Assembly: GCA_009103225.1 (NCBI GenBank)
Contig: RHPI01002568.1
Span: forward strand, 137,742 to 201,741
Origin: Chlorokybus atmophyticus
Taxonomy: Eukaryota > Plantae > Mesostigma and Chlorokybus algae
DNA length: 64,000 nt
Reading direction: 5' to 3'
This document shows positions 1 through 13,250 of this stretch, piece after piece. Below the pieces are notes generated by a model. That model did no database searches and was not told the origin of the DNA. It was given only the letters and a program-made list of their open reading frames with translations. Every line of letters begins with the position of its first letter. Within the stretch, counting starts at the first letter, position 1. The position numbers and the translations under genes are program-made.

Positions 1-2917
1 TGGGGGCATCGCAACGCAAAGGCATCATCACCATTCTACACAAGAAAGGCACGGTGTCGGACCTCAGGAACTGGCGGCCCATCACACTCCTTACTATACA
101 CCATAAAATTCTAGCGAAAGCTTTTTCCCGAAGATTTGCCCCGCTTCTGCCAGAGGTTCTTGCGGAGGAGCAGACCGGTTTTGTGCAGCATCGGTACATA
201 CTGGACAACGTGCTCACTGCCATGGATGCCCTCTCCCATGCCCAAGACTCCCGGCAACGCGCGGCCCTGCTTCTGCTGGACTTCGAGAAAGCTTTCGATC
301 GGCTGGACTGGGATTTCCTGGACGCCATCATGAAAGCCCAAGGCTTCGGCCCTCCTCTGCGTAGCTGGATACGGTGCATGAATGGAGGGGGAGAGAGCTC
401 GGTTTTGGTTGACGGGTATGTTTCCGACCCCTTCTTCTTGCAGCGCAGCGTGAGGCAAGGCTGTCCTATGGCCCCATCTCTTTTTGTACTTGCTACGGAG
501 GCTCTGGGTTCTCTGCTTCGCGCTGATCCTCGCATCCGAGGCCTTCAGCTTCCCAAGGAGGAAGGGCCCGTGGAGGAGGAGACTGCGGAGGTGAAGTACT
601 TTGCATTCGCGGACGACACATCTGTTATTTTGCAGCTCACGGAGGAATGCTTTGAAGCTTTCACGTCGGCCATCTCCACATACTGTTTGGCGTCTGACTC
701 CTTACTTAACCTTCACAAGAGTGTGGGCCTACTGATGGGTCCTTCCACGGGCTCCCCCCCTCCCGATTGGGGAGTACGTTGGCTGGACCCCACTGACTCT
801 GCTACGCTACTTGGTGTACCTATGGGCACCACCCTGCAACATCAGCAGCTGTTCACAGGAGTCCTGGAGAAGATTCAGGGCCGCCTCAACCTGTGGTCCA
901 AGCAGTACCTGTCTCTCATGGGCAGAGCTCTTGTGATCAACCAGACAGTGTTGGCCTGCCTCTGGTACATTGCTGCGGTCGCTCGCCCAGACTGTCAGGA
1001 CCTGCGTCAACTGCGGAAGGCCAGCACCTCCTTGCTCTGGCGTTCATCGCGGGAGGATGCCCCCCCCGCAATGCGTGGCAGAGTCAGTTGGGAAGTCTTG
1101 TGCCTTCCTCGCGGCGAAGGTGGCCTGGGCATTCTTGACCCAGCCACTCAGACCAGAGCCCTCCTCGCTAAGTGGGCGTCGCGCCTAGCTGATCCCACCT
1201 GGGCCCCTTGAAAAACTCTGGGACACGCCCAGCTACGCAAGTGGGCTACTGATCCTCGCTACCCAGAAGTACAGTGGCTACCTCCAGCTGCTGTGCTGCA
1301 CGCCGAAGGTCTTCCTTTGCACGGAGGTGTCTCGCCACATTGGCACTATATTCTACGCAGCTGGCTGGCTGTTCGCCCTCCGGTTGCGCAGCAACCCGTC
1401 AACTATGACGAGGTGCTGCGCCAACCTCTTTTTTACAACGGCCTCCTCCGGACCACAGACGGTAAGGTCCTTGGCAAGGGCCAGTCTCATGGACACTACC
1501 TGCCATGGGCGGCTGCTGGGTTCCATCGTGTGGCTGACTTGTGGGATGAGCTCTTGCGTCGGCCGTACACCCCAGATGAACTCAGCAGATGGGTCCCTGA
1601 CCACACAGCTCCCCGCCTGCAGAACCTCTGGGCGGTGATCCCCGCGTCTTGGAAAGCGCTTCTACAGGCGGGTCCAGGACGTCCCAAGCCAGGGGAGTGG
1701 TGGGCCCCAGCTTCTCCGGAGGGTGTCATCACACATGTTCTGCACGTCACGGGGGCAACACTGGCAGAATGCCAGGGCACCTTGTTTCGCCTGAGTGGCA
1801 AGGAAGCGGTGACACTGGACTCCTCAACTGAGCAGTTGCATGTGCCAGTATACACGCTTGTGCGGGTTCGGGTTCTTCCACCCCCGAAAAGATGGAGGCG
1901 TTCCCCCGCGCCCGTCACCAAGGATTGGCAAGCGCTGCCAGACTCCTCCAAGTACGGCGGATGGATTGCTGCTAGCAAAGCCCCGCTTTCATCGCTGCAC
2001 CTGGACCCCTTTGCCGCTCGCTGGCAGGACTCTGCGGCGCCCCCCAACACCCTATTTTCGCTGTGGGACTACTCTTCCAAACTAGGCTATCACATTCTCA
2101 GCCGGCGCTTTGTCAGCAAGATGGCTGCACCGCAACGCTGGCGTTGGTTGTGCCCGGATCTTTCATGGCAGCGTGTCTGGCGCTCTCTACATTGCTTGAA
2201 AGCACCAGGGAAGCAGCGTTCGCTGCTGTGGTTACTCTGCCATAAAGCTGTGTTCACGGGTGACAAGCTGCAGCACATGGGCGCTGACCCATCCTGTCTT
2301 ACCTGCTCAGACTGTGACATAGAGACTGCCTTGCATCTCTTTGTCGACTGGCCGATTGCCGAGGCAGTCTGGCAGGCGGTGGAAGCCCTCTTCTCCCGTC
2401 TCCGTGGACGAGTTGATCTTAGTCCGACTTCCCTCCTCTTTGGCGTTGGTCGGGCGGTCCGACCAGCCTCCCTCTCCCCGCTCTGGTCTGTGATTCGTCC
2501 TCTTGTGCTTTGGACTGTTTGGTGTCACAGGTGTTCGCTGCGTTATGGGGGATCCGGCGCTCCACTATCAGTTCCTCTTTACACCCTGTCTCGAGGAGTG
2601 CTACAGCTCGCCAAGGAAGAATGGCGCTCAGTCTGCACCACCCCTCTAGCGAACGACAAGCGCCTTCACGCTTTCCACCGCTTCACTGCTAGCTGGGGAA
2701 GACACGGTGTTTTCTGTACCATAGATTCAGCAGACTTGCGTTGCCTCCGCATAGTCTGGGAGCCCCTTGCTCTGTGACTTGCCTTTGTTGTGTGTAGCTG
2801 TGTAGCCCTGCTTGCAGCTACACAAGTCTTTCCTTTGAGTTGCTTACTAGCCTAGGTTGTTGCTTCCAATCTTTGCTTTTTCTATAATATAAGGTGTGTT
2901 TTTTCAAAAAAAAAAAA
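1..2917 (+). mobile_element. 3' half of an L1/Tx1-clade non-LTR retrotransposon (RT, C-terminal zf-RVT, 3' UTR, poly(A) tail)
   Basis: Frame open from nt 3 (SQRKGIITILHKKGTVSDLRNWRPITLL). RT motifs LLDFEKAFDRLDW, SVRQGCPMAP and YFAFADD are present, plus a zf-RVT-like LLWLLCHKAV..CLTC..ETALHLF. A12 tail at 2906-2917. The 5' part lies outside the window. Confidence 0.95.
3..2777 (+). pseudogene. LINE ORF2 (reverse transcriptase) broken by one in-frame TGA at 1209-1211
   Basis: ORFs 54-1211 and 1293-2777 share a frame, and the sequence between them is open after the TGA (probably TGG>TGA). The last zinc-knuckle Cys reads Trp (HLFVDWP). Confidence 0.9.
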
Positions 2918-4089
2918 GTAGTCGGCAAGGGCACAATAGCGTTCAAGTTGTCCGGCGTGCGTGTTGACAAGAACGATGTCCCGTGGCCACAGCGTGTGGC
3001 CCACTTGCGGCAGCTCCCTCGCCACTGAGCACTGATGAGGGAGCTGAACGTTGTTGCATGCCCGCTCGTCATCCGAATTCTAGCTGGTGCGTACAAAGGA
3101 CACGCATGCATGCACACGCATGTGTATGCGCCCATACACAAGCCCACACGCACGCACGCGAGTGCGTGCGTGTGGGCTTGTGCACACAGCATGCCCTGAA
3201 AGCTATTGTACCTTGGATGTCAACTTGTAGTATGTAACATCGGCACCTTAACCACTAGGCTACAGCAGCACAAGTCGCTGCCATAGGGAGCCACATGCCT
3301 CATATGTATAACCATATATATTACACAGTACTAGACCCTTGGATCGTCGTGCTCACAGGCAGAGTGTCTTCACTTCTGTGCACCGCCATCACAAGCATGT
3401 TTGCTTTGCGCTGCTGAACTGCCCAACTGTGTTTGCTACGTTCAATCCACTTCAGAAATAATTTCCTCTGCTGCTTCCTTTTGTTGTGGCTACCGCTCAA
3501 GGCACCCACATGCAAGGAGAGGTCCAGCAGCTGGGAAGCCGCTTGTGCTTACAACAGCAACTGACCGCCCAGCGTGTCTGGAGGCCCTGAATCCCTCCTG
3601 CAGGTACGTGTGCATATGCATCATGATGCACGCGCATGCATGACAGTTTGCACACATATGTTGGGTGTACACAACATTTAGAACACGTTTTTTGCATTGG
3701 TGCACTGATTGAGTCAACGGCACACAGACAAGATTAGCACACCTCATTTGCGTAGGGGCACAAGCTAGCAGAGGTAGGTTAGCAACTTGAATCAATCTGA
3801 CCATTGCCTATCAAGCCGGAAACACAATCCCCAATGCGAGCGACCACCAAACAACAAATTTGCCAACCATGGTCATGCCTTTATCACTACATCTTTAACC
3901 TTACAACTTGATGACAACCAATCACGCATGTGCGCAATTTTTGATGCGCTGATGTCACTATGCAACATACAATTCACCATCTTAGCCCTGTACTAACACT
4001 CATCCCAAATGAACACTCATGTACAAAGTGCCATGCAATATAACTTTTTCTGTAATTTGCATGTTTACAACTTTTATGTTTATGTCGAT

Positions 4090-7000
4090 GTGTCCACCAG
4101 CAGTACAGCTCGGGGTGCATCATAGTAAGTGTAATCAAACAACTCTGGTCCAATAGAAGTCGCTGCCAATATACACCCCATTAGACACTTTGCCTTACAA
4201 TAAGCCACAGATGGCAAAGCACGCAAGTTTCATGTATAAAACAATAGGTGCTATGTAATGTACAAATCACATATGCATTCAAGACTCATGGCCTATAGTT
4301 ACAAAGTGTACAATTCACACCGTATAATGCGATCCCATGCACATAAATATCAAAGCATTTTCATGTAAGGCTTTGTGTTGAAGGGATGTTTTTACATATT
4401 CGTTTAAAAGGTAATTTTGTGCATATGTGTCGCAACATGCTGATGAATTGTTGAAAGTAATACAATGAAGGGTAAGGTAGATGCTATTGATGTAAATGTC
4501 GGTATTAATAAACATGCGAAGTAGTTAATCTCGAACGTTAATGAACAATAGAGGATCTCAATGCATAGAATGGTCATATATGCTAGAAGTGAAGTAAGAA
4601 CTCATGATTGATATGTTGATGTGTTGATTGCCATATATAATAGGGGTTGAATACTATTGTAACAATGCCAATATGATCGTAGATGGCCGGTATTAATGGT
4701 AAGCGGTAAGCCGATGTATCACATATTATTATGATGAGGGAGATTATGCGTACCTTAAATGTGCTCGACCACATATGTATGTTACCATCAGATGTAATGT
4801 TTGTTTTTAAATTGCATCTGTATGAATATAAATAGCTTATTATCTTGCATCAGCAACACACACTCTCCGGCTCTTAATGATGTATGCATATGTGTGAAGT
4901 AGCCTATAATATAATGAACCGTTTTAAACATATCTCTTGTAGAAAGATTGACGCATGCACATTGTTATAAAGTACGACTACAATCATGCACATTGAGCCT
5001 TATCACAAAATCATCAGCATCCTCTTACAAACGTTTTCATGGCGAATTGGTGGAACTTCATCCCCTTGCTTGGGGCGCACGGCAGCTCCGCATGGGTCGT
5101 GTGACACGACCTGGCTTGGGCCGTGTGGCTGATTGACTGACGGGAGGAGGGGTCAGCTCCACGCGGGGAGCCCCTTCAGCGGCGGCGGCGGCGGCGGGCA
5201 TGTTGAGCCATCCGTTCGGCTAAGCTTATTGGTGCTGCTTGAGTATGGACAAGCAGATTGCTCAAGCAGAGGGGGAGAAGCAGCTTGTGAATCTTCTGCT
5301 GCTTCTGAACAACCAGACCTGGCATGACTCCGCCGCTTGCCGACCTCCTCCATGCTGCTGACCAGGCCGCACAGGCGAGTGAGGCGGTGATCAGCTCAGC
5401 TGGTCGGATTCGACAAGGCTACCTCTGCTGCCTCGCACGTAGCTGCTGGCTGCTAACTGTGCCTTGTCTGGCCAAGGTGAGTGCCGCACTTGTTAATGTT
5501 GTTGTGAATAACATGCTTTTTAGGCAGTTTGCTTGCTTCCGGAGTGTGTGCTGAAGCAGCGCACATGCGGCTTTACATGCTTTTGATGTAGGAATGCTTT
5601 CAGCCACAGCGCCTGATGGTTGCTCGTAGCACTCAGCTTCCTGACTTTGGCATTTGACAAAAACTGCTTGCGTGAGACTGACACTTGCTAGTGCGCGTTT
5701 TACTCAGATGTATATTTTGCCTTTTGGTATGGAAACTCACAAGTGCAAGCTCGCAAGCTGGCCATAAAGTGTTTGTTGCAACATTTGTGCAGGTGCTTGC
5801 GTCAGGCTACTGCAGACAGAGCTGTCAATTTCTGCAGTCCACTGCGGGCTTTTGGTAGTCAAGATAAGCTAGGACAACCACTAGAATTGGTTTGAGTTGT
5901 CACGACTAGCATCGCCATGGCGGATGCTGCGTTCCTGACAGCCTTCACGGCGTTGACTTGCTTCTGGGGTTGGCAAAGCAGGTCAGCGGACCTGCTCAGT
6001 AAAAGTTCACATATGGCGCTGTTCTGGTTGCACGATTGCAGGCTAGCCTACCCATTCATGAACTTGGTATGGTAAGTACATCACGAAAGTATACTCGTAC
6101 GCATCCGTATGTATATGGACAGCACGCAGACACACGTTTATGCTCATAGAATCGCGTGTGCATGCAAGTGTGCGTGTGCACACGCACATGCAAAAGAGCT
6201 AAAGGTACACAACAACGCATGAAGATGACGTTGACTATCAAACGGCAATGTAAATCTATATCAGGACACCAAGCTGGTAGTCGCTGCAGACGATGCAGCA
6301 TTGGCAGAGGACGTGCGGGCACTCGTGCTCGCACAAGCTGCCCAGGCCATCAAGCGGCAACTACAAGCCATGTTGGATGGTGTGGACGACCTTGCTTGCC
6401 CTAAGCAAGATACCGCCTACATGACCAGCAGGATCCAAGCACAGTTTGAGAGCGCCGAGATAGCGCCGTTGAAGTTAGACTTGACGCATTGCCGTGCTTG
6501 ATCGGGTGGCCTCCATCCACCGCGCTAACGGTGCAAGGGAGCAGGCTGCAGAGTTGGGGCCGTTGGAGGGCTTGATTTGTCTCATATTGCTGGAGATCAT
6601 GACCGACCCAGTGATGATAACAGGATCCGGTCAACTATGCAAGCGCACATTTGCAGAGCATTGGTTTGCCGATGGCCATACCACGTGCCCAATGACAGGT
6701 TAGTGTTCTTCTCCACGGGGTTGTTCAAAGTGCAGCTGTACAATAGTAGTGCGCTGAGAAGTTCCTTGGTGTTGTTACGATGGGCACAAATTGTTGCATG
6801 CTCATTACGCTGACTGGTGCAGGATTGAGTTTATCATCAACGGAGCTCGTTCCAAACCACACTCTGCGGGGCGCGATGGAGGATTGGCTGAAATGTCAGA
6901 GCAGGAGTTTATCTGTGCCAGCTACGGCAACACAAACTACCCTAAGGGCTTCGTCAGGCCCTCAGAGGTTGAAGTATCAGAGCGGAGACTTGTCACCAGC

Positions 7001-8900
7001 AGCACCCAGCACGAGCGAGTCAGCGGCCTTGCAACTGCAAACAGCGGTTTGCAATATTGTAACGGATGAAGACGCGCTTGATCTGCACTGCAGAGGAAAC
7101 GCTGACAAGCTCTGTGCGCTCTTGACGCTGGGTTTGTCGGTGCCCATCCAAGAAAAGGCCCTGAGTGCCTTGTGCGCAATGGCGGTGGATGGGCATTGTG
7201 CTGCCGTTGCTGAAGCTGGCGCAGTTGCCGAGTTGGTTAGATTTTTGCACGATGGTAGCGTCACCTGCAAGGAGCGAGCAGCAGACATTCTGGGCATTGT
7301 GGCCCGGTCGAGCACCGCCTTAACATGGCAAACGCCACGGCAGGAGCCATTCCCCCTCTTGTGTCGCTGCTGCAATCAGGCATTTCAACTTCCCAGGAGC
7401 GTGCAGTAGGAGCATTGACCACTCTTGCTTTGGACAGTGTTGAGAACAAGATGGCTATGTGCAGAGCCGGAGCTATTGCGCCGCTGGTGGCGCTACTGCG
7501 TACGGACACAACAACCTGCAAGTTGGCTGCTATGACAGCGCTCCGCATCCTGACCACCCATGCAGATGTTGCGGCGAATATTGAGGCTGGAGCCATTACT
7601 GATCTGGTGGCGAGTCTGAATGATGACACACAAGCTTGCCAGGGAGAGGCGGCGAGAGTGTTGAGCAATCTTTGTTCGTATGGCGCAGATCACAGAGCGG
7701 CTTTTGCGACACAGGAACGCAGGGATGCCAACAGCATGCAGCTGAAGCCCTCGGCATCATTGCCTTCCATAACGCTAAGAACAAGAAGGCTATCTGCAGT
7801 GCTGGTGGCATCAGGCAACTGGTGTTGCTGCTTCGCATGTCGAATGCTGCAAAGCTCAAGCAGGCTGCTTTTAATGCAATGTGGAACCTTACTCAGGATG
7901 GCGCAGATGGTTTTATAGCCACCGACGAGACAGTGGCCAATGCGCTACTGGCACTTCTCGGCGACGAGGATGTGCACTGTCAGGCGTTGGCAGCGCATGT
8001 CTTGAGTACAGTTGCATACCAATTTAGGAAAGATAAGATTGCTATCGCACGGGCTAGAGCCATTCCTATCCTTGTGGACATGCTGGCCAGGAGCACGTCA
8101 GAAGGCCAGGCAAACGCACCTGACGCTCTCCGCAAATCTGCTCCAAGGTATGAGAACGCGGTGGCTATCTGCAGTGCTGGAGGTATCCGGCCGCTTGTTG
8201 CACTGCTCCACATGTCAAACGCCCCAGGACCCAAGCAGGCTGCTATCAGAGCAATTGAGGTGCTGATTCGTCATGACAAAACCGCTGCGGCGGCCACTGT
8301 TGAGGCAGGGGCCATTGCACTGCTAGTGGCACTTCTTGGCGACGAGGATGCGACCTGCCAGGCGTTGGCTGCGGATGTCTTGAGTGGACTTGCTTACGGA
8401 GTTGCGAATGGCTGGATGGCCATTGTGTGCGCTGGAGCCATTCCTGCCCTCGTGGCTATGCTAAGCGCGAGCACGCCAACATGCCAGAAGCACGCCGCTG
8501 ATGCCCTCGCCAACATGGCGCGTGATGCTGCTGAGAGACAGGTGGCAATCAGCGAGGCTGGAGCTATTAGACCGTTGGTAGCGCTACTATGCAAGCCAAG
8601 CACACCGGAATGCAAGTTTGCAGCTATGAGAGCACTTCGAAAACTTTCCATGAACAACAATAGTGTTATGGCGACAATCTATGAGGCTGGGGCCGTAGCA
8701 CTGCTAATAGCGATTCGGGATGAAGAACCACGCTGTCGGGAGGAGGCGGCAAGAGTTCTATACGACTTTGGGTGCTAATGTTGCAGAAAACCAATTTATG
8801 CAAGTGGACATCTCTACTCTGAAGGAACCTCTGCATTCAGTGTGCTGAGAAAGAGCATGCACCAGTGTCAGCCATTCAACGCTGCAGCTCTCAGCTTACA
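4090..8900 (+). repeat. Segmental duplication copy 1 (upstream region plus U-box/ARM gene), paralogous to ~20840-25750
   Basis: Collinear shared blocks, e.g. cagtacagct(c/t)ggggtgca at ~4100/~20850, atatgcattcaagact, ggcgaattggt, a conserved CCAAG|GTGAGT donor, and the U-box and ARM exons. Boundaries approximate. Confidence 0.8.
5324..8778 (+). pseudogene. U-box/ARM-repeat (PUB-type) E3 ubiquitin ligase, frameshifted pseudogene
   Basis: U-box EGLICLILLEIMTDPVMITGSGQLCKRTFAEHWFADGHTTCPMTG|LSLSSTELVPNHTLRGAMEDWL is split by an intron. Several ARM repeats follow (AGAIPPLVSLL, AGAIAPLVALL, AGAIPALVAML). Frameshifts at ~6490, ~7325 and ~7700 relative to the paralog. Confidence 0.88.
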
Positions 8901-9315
8901 GCAGATCATGGTCAGCGGTGACAGCAAGGAACCAGTAGCATGTAAGAGAAGCGCACGAAGACCGTTCCGTCACGGTGGCAGAGCTTAGGCATCCAAGCAT
9001 GTGATTGGTGCGAGTTGTGACTGATTGCACACAAGCAATGATGAACGCAGTCTGGCATCCTGCAAGTGGCTGTATAAAAGTCAAGTGCATGGCGCGCAAT
9101 GGCAGGGAGCTAGCAAAATGCAAGCACGATTCCGTCGGTAGTACGAGAGTCGTATACCGCACGCTTGTCAGTATTGAAACCACACCCAACTGACTGCTTA
9201 CTGTGCTCTTGCCGTCACTGCTGCTGTCTCCAACTCGCCCTCCGCATTGTGTACACAAGCATGAGACAATGTTGACCAAAACCATTTGTAGTTTAGACTG
9301 TTAGCGGTGTACATA

Positions 9316-9634
9316 AATCTCCCAAACATATAGTTTGGAAGATTTATGTACACCGCTATGTGCATGTCACCTGGTGTACTTGGCGTTTACAAGGGAGGGA
9401 AGCAGCATCCAACTAACACAGGCCGCCAGCCGGCATCCGTTAAACCATGCCGCATGCAGGCAGATGCACGTGCAAAGGTGTTGAACTTATCATATCCATC
9501 GTTTGTGAAACCAAGTTTCACAAACGATGGATATGATGAGTTTACTGCTGGCAGCAGTAAGTCCGATTGATGCCACGGATTCATAGTGTGCCGCAATGTG
9601 TGCGCACGTTGTGCATGCACAACGTGCGCACACA
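9316..9634. repeat. Cluster of three inverted repeats/palindromes
   Basis: 13-bp stem with one mismatch at ~9316-9346. Perfect 23-bp stem with 3-nt loop at 9489-9537. Perfect 38-bp palindrome at 9597-9634. Confidence 0.9.
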
Positions 9635-10529
9635 AAGTACACAAAGTACGCGCCATAGCGTCTTGCTTTGCTTATTGCAGTATGACGCTACCATATCATA
9701 CGCATCGGAAGGCGCAGGGCGCTCATTGCGACTTGTGTGTTGGTTGAAAGCGTTCTACTCGCATCCGATGTAGGTGAGCAGCGTTGTATAAGTCATTCAG
9801 TCACAGCAGCGCTTATCAAGTTGAGAAGCCCGACTCCTGGAGTCCTTAAGTCCTCTGCACGGTTGGTCAGTCCGGGCTAGTGGATGTCTGCAGCATCGCT
9901 TCTGGAGGCCTCGTGGCGTTCATGATGTGCGGATTTAGGTAGATGATGGACGTATCGGCATGGAGGCTTATCATGGTAAAGGCGTGAATTTTTGTCCGCG
10001 AGGAAGACGAAGCAGTATTGAGAACGTGGCTGAGTGAAACAGTGCCGTGCACGTCAACCTCAGGTACACGACGTGTGCACATGCACTACTATCTACTCAC
10101 CTCCTACTGCGGTGGCGATGACCCTGAATGCATGCGCAGCGTACGCCCTCCATGCAGCGGCCTGTCTTTTCTCCTCTGGCAAGCATACACCGTCTCTACC
10201 CGCCGCGCAGCCAGCCTCCTCCACTGCGCTTGTGCACATCCGTCTGCAGCTGATCGTGAGCGGCATTTTGGTTCCACACCTGCTTCAGTTCTTCAGGGGT
10301 GGTGTGGAAAGGGTGATCGCTTACCGATTGCTGTATGCACTAGGTTGCTTTTGTCATGGCATGATATATTTGTCAGTTGTGCTTGACTACCATGCTGTGT
10401 AACTACCATTCCGACACTGCATGTTGAAAGGGAGTGTCCTTGCTCTGCGTACACAAGTTGGTGACACAGGCTGTCCGTGATGAGTTGAACAAGTGCAAGA
10501 GTTGGTAATGCAGCAAAGCAAGCAAGAGG

Positions 10530-11101
10530 CTAAGCAATGCGTGTGCAACCAGGAGCAATGGGCAGTATTGCTTCTAGCAAATTCGTTAAGCACAAGTAGC
10601 TAGCGGTCACAAACATATGGACACCGGAACACACTTCACCAACTCGCTCGTAAAGCTCACAGTAGTGCGCTGTACAAGACCAATCCGCAACATCCATCAA
10701 TTCCGCTTCATCCGAAAAGCAGGTATGCAGGTCCCTTGCCACCTGCCTTGCGGTGACGTCATCTTGTACATACACAGCAAAGTTAATCAGGCTCTCCAGA
10801 AGTGGAAACCCACTTTCGCTCTCATACTGCTCGTGGTAAAGCCTGCTTTTAAGTCGATTGTCATAATGAATGGATGTCCAGATCCGCTGCAAGCAAAAAA
10901 CAGCGTGGCGGCCAGTGTCATCATGGTGTGCATAACGCCAGAATAATGCGCTCCCTCTGCCATCAGTGTGGTACCTACATACCACTTTCCCACAGTGCGG
11001 TAAGCCTCCATACTGTCTCGATCGAGCTCGTGTGTAGCCAGACACTCCTCCACAGCGTCCTGATCTACGTTGTCAAGGTACACATAAAGGTCCCACCCCA
11101 T
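10530..11101 (-). CDS. Putative small protein of unknown function (two overlapping frames joined by an intron or a frameshift)
   Basis: Protein-like stretches MGWDLYVYLDNVDQDAVEECL.. and RIWTSIHYDNRLKSRLYHEQYESESGFPLLESLINFAV... A polypyrimidine TGCAG acceptor lies between them. No family recognised. Confidence 0.35.
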
Positions 11102-11805
11102 GACCGTGGTGGTGCGATGGTTGTTGTTGTGGGGTGGTTGCTTGCGATGCTCCATGTGGTTGCGCGTGGTGGTGCAAACAGCATACGCAATGGCCTTGCT
11201 CGCACTGTTGGCCTGCACGGAAAAGCCTGTTACAAGCCTGTAACACATACGACCACAGGAACAGGCATGCGGGGTAGCAGCACTGAGCCCAATTGAGACG
11301 CTCAGCATCACCATGGGATATAAAAAGTCGCGAGTCAAAACACAATGCCAAAACCATCAACAGCGCTTGCGAACAGACAGAAAGGAGAGTGGAGTACGAT
11401 TGAAACATTGGTTTATAAGCGATAGCATAAGATCAAGCAACACCAGCAGATGTACGGCATTGTGACAGCAGACTAGCCAGCTATACAAGGCAAAATCAGC
11501 GCTAATTCTAGCAAGCCTAGACCTCAAGACGCAACATGCAACTTGCGTAGGCACGGTGCATGCAGCGTAGGAGCCCGAACAGCTTGTGAACTGAGCAGGC
11601 CAACTTGAGAGTCGACTTTGTTGTGAAAGCGATGTTCCATGGTCTGCAACTTTACGAACTGAATATGATGATTAACACTTGACAGAAGTTAACCCGTTTT
11701 GACGAGGATAGTTAGTAGACAGAAGCTTGCCACAAGATAGACTACAAAGGTTTTGTTGCAGGCACAACAATGTTGTTGTGACTGCAACAGATTGCATGCA
11801 CGTAT

Positions 11806-11833
11806 TATACATATACGTGCATGCAGTACATAC

Positions 11834-11892
<59 letters not shown>

Positions 11893-12422
11893 TATGTATA
11901 CATATATATGTATGTCTGTATACATATATGTTTATATAAATATATATATACATGTATGTATGTATAAACATACATACATGTATATGTTTATATATATATA
12001 TATTATACATACATGTATATATATACATACATACATGTATGTATATATTTTTATATACATATATGTATAAATATATACACATACATAAATATGTATATAT
12101 TTATGCATGTACATACATACATGTATATATGTATTTGTAAACATATATATTTAGACATACATACATATTTATATAGATTTTGACATACATACATGTATGT
12201 CTAAATATATATATACATGTATGTATATAAATATATTTATACATATATGTCTGTATATACTGATATATATATATACACATATATATATATACATATATAT
12301 ATATACATATATATATATGTATATACATATATATATATGTATATATATATACATATATATACATATATATACATATATATACATATATATATATATGTAT
12401 ATATATGTATATATATATATAT
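11806..12422. repeat. Degenerate (TA)n/(TACA) low-complexity tract
   Basis: About 600 bp almost entirely of TATA/TACA/TATG units. Confidence 0.97.
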
Positions 12423-12719
12423 GTGCCTGCCTCTCCGTCTCCTTCCCCTACCTATCTCCACCCACCTCTTTCCTGCTGTCAGCAAGCAGGCGTCGACATT
12501 GACGGACGGCGCGGGCGCTGCGCGGCGGAGGGCAGCTGGGGCAGCGAGAACGTCTACGTGCATGCACACCTCCTCCGCCTCCCCGTGTGACCGACACCAG
12601 CAGCAGCACTGACAGCAGCGATGACGCCGCCAGGGTCATGCCAGCGAAGCAGCGCCATCCCTTGCACGCCCATCCTGCCGTCTCCCAAGGGGAGCATAGA
12701 GTTTCATTCATGGAGGCAG

Positions 12720-13250
12720 CTGCGCACACGGGTCGTGTGACACGAGGCCTGGCCTGGGCGGAGTGTAGCTCACATGACAGGGAGAGGTAGCTGCATGCGG
12801 GGCAGCGGCGGTATGGCTATTGAGCCGTCTGCTCGGCTAGTGCTGCTTGATCATGGACAAGCAGTCTGCTCGATAGCCAGCAGAAGCAGAAGCTTGCACA
12901 GCTGCTGCTGCTGCTGCTGCTGAATCCATCTCTCCGCCCGCCTGCTTGCCGACATCGCATGGCATGCTGCCAACGAGGCTGTTCAGGCGGGCGATCGCGA
13001 GGTGGTTGTTAGCTCAGCTGGTTGGATCGGACAAGGCTACATTTCGCTGACTTGCGTAGAGCGCTGCCAACTTTGCTTTTGCCTGCCCAAGGTGAGTGCG
13101 CCGCACTGGTGGGTACTACCCACGTTGGTAATGTGCTTGTGCATGGACCGGTTTTGCTTGCGGAATGTGTGCAGCTTTGAATGCAACGATAGCATGGAAA
13201 ATTGACATGCATGCAAGAGTACTTGAGGTACTGGTTGACGTGTTTGGCAA
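12720..13250 (+). pseudogene. Third, truncated copy of the 5' region of the U-box/ARM locus
   Basis: Matches ~5090-5760 and ~21830-22510 (ggtcgtgtgacacga, agctcagctggt, CCAAG|GTGAGTGCGCCGCACT). No U-box exon follows. Confidence 0.75.

Noticed and set aside
11672-12612. Many Y/I/M/C-rich ORFs
   Set aside because: Translations of the TA-rich microsatellite.
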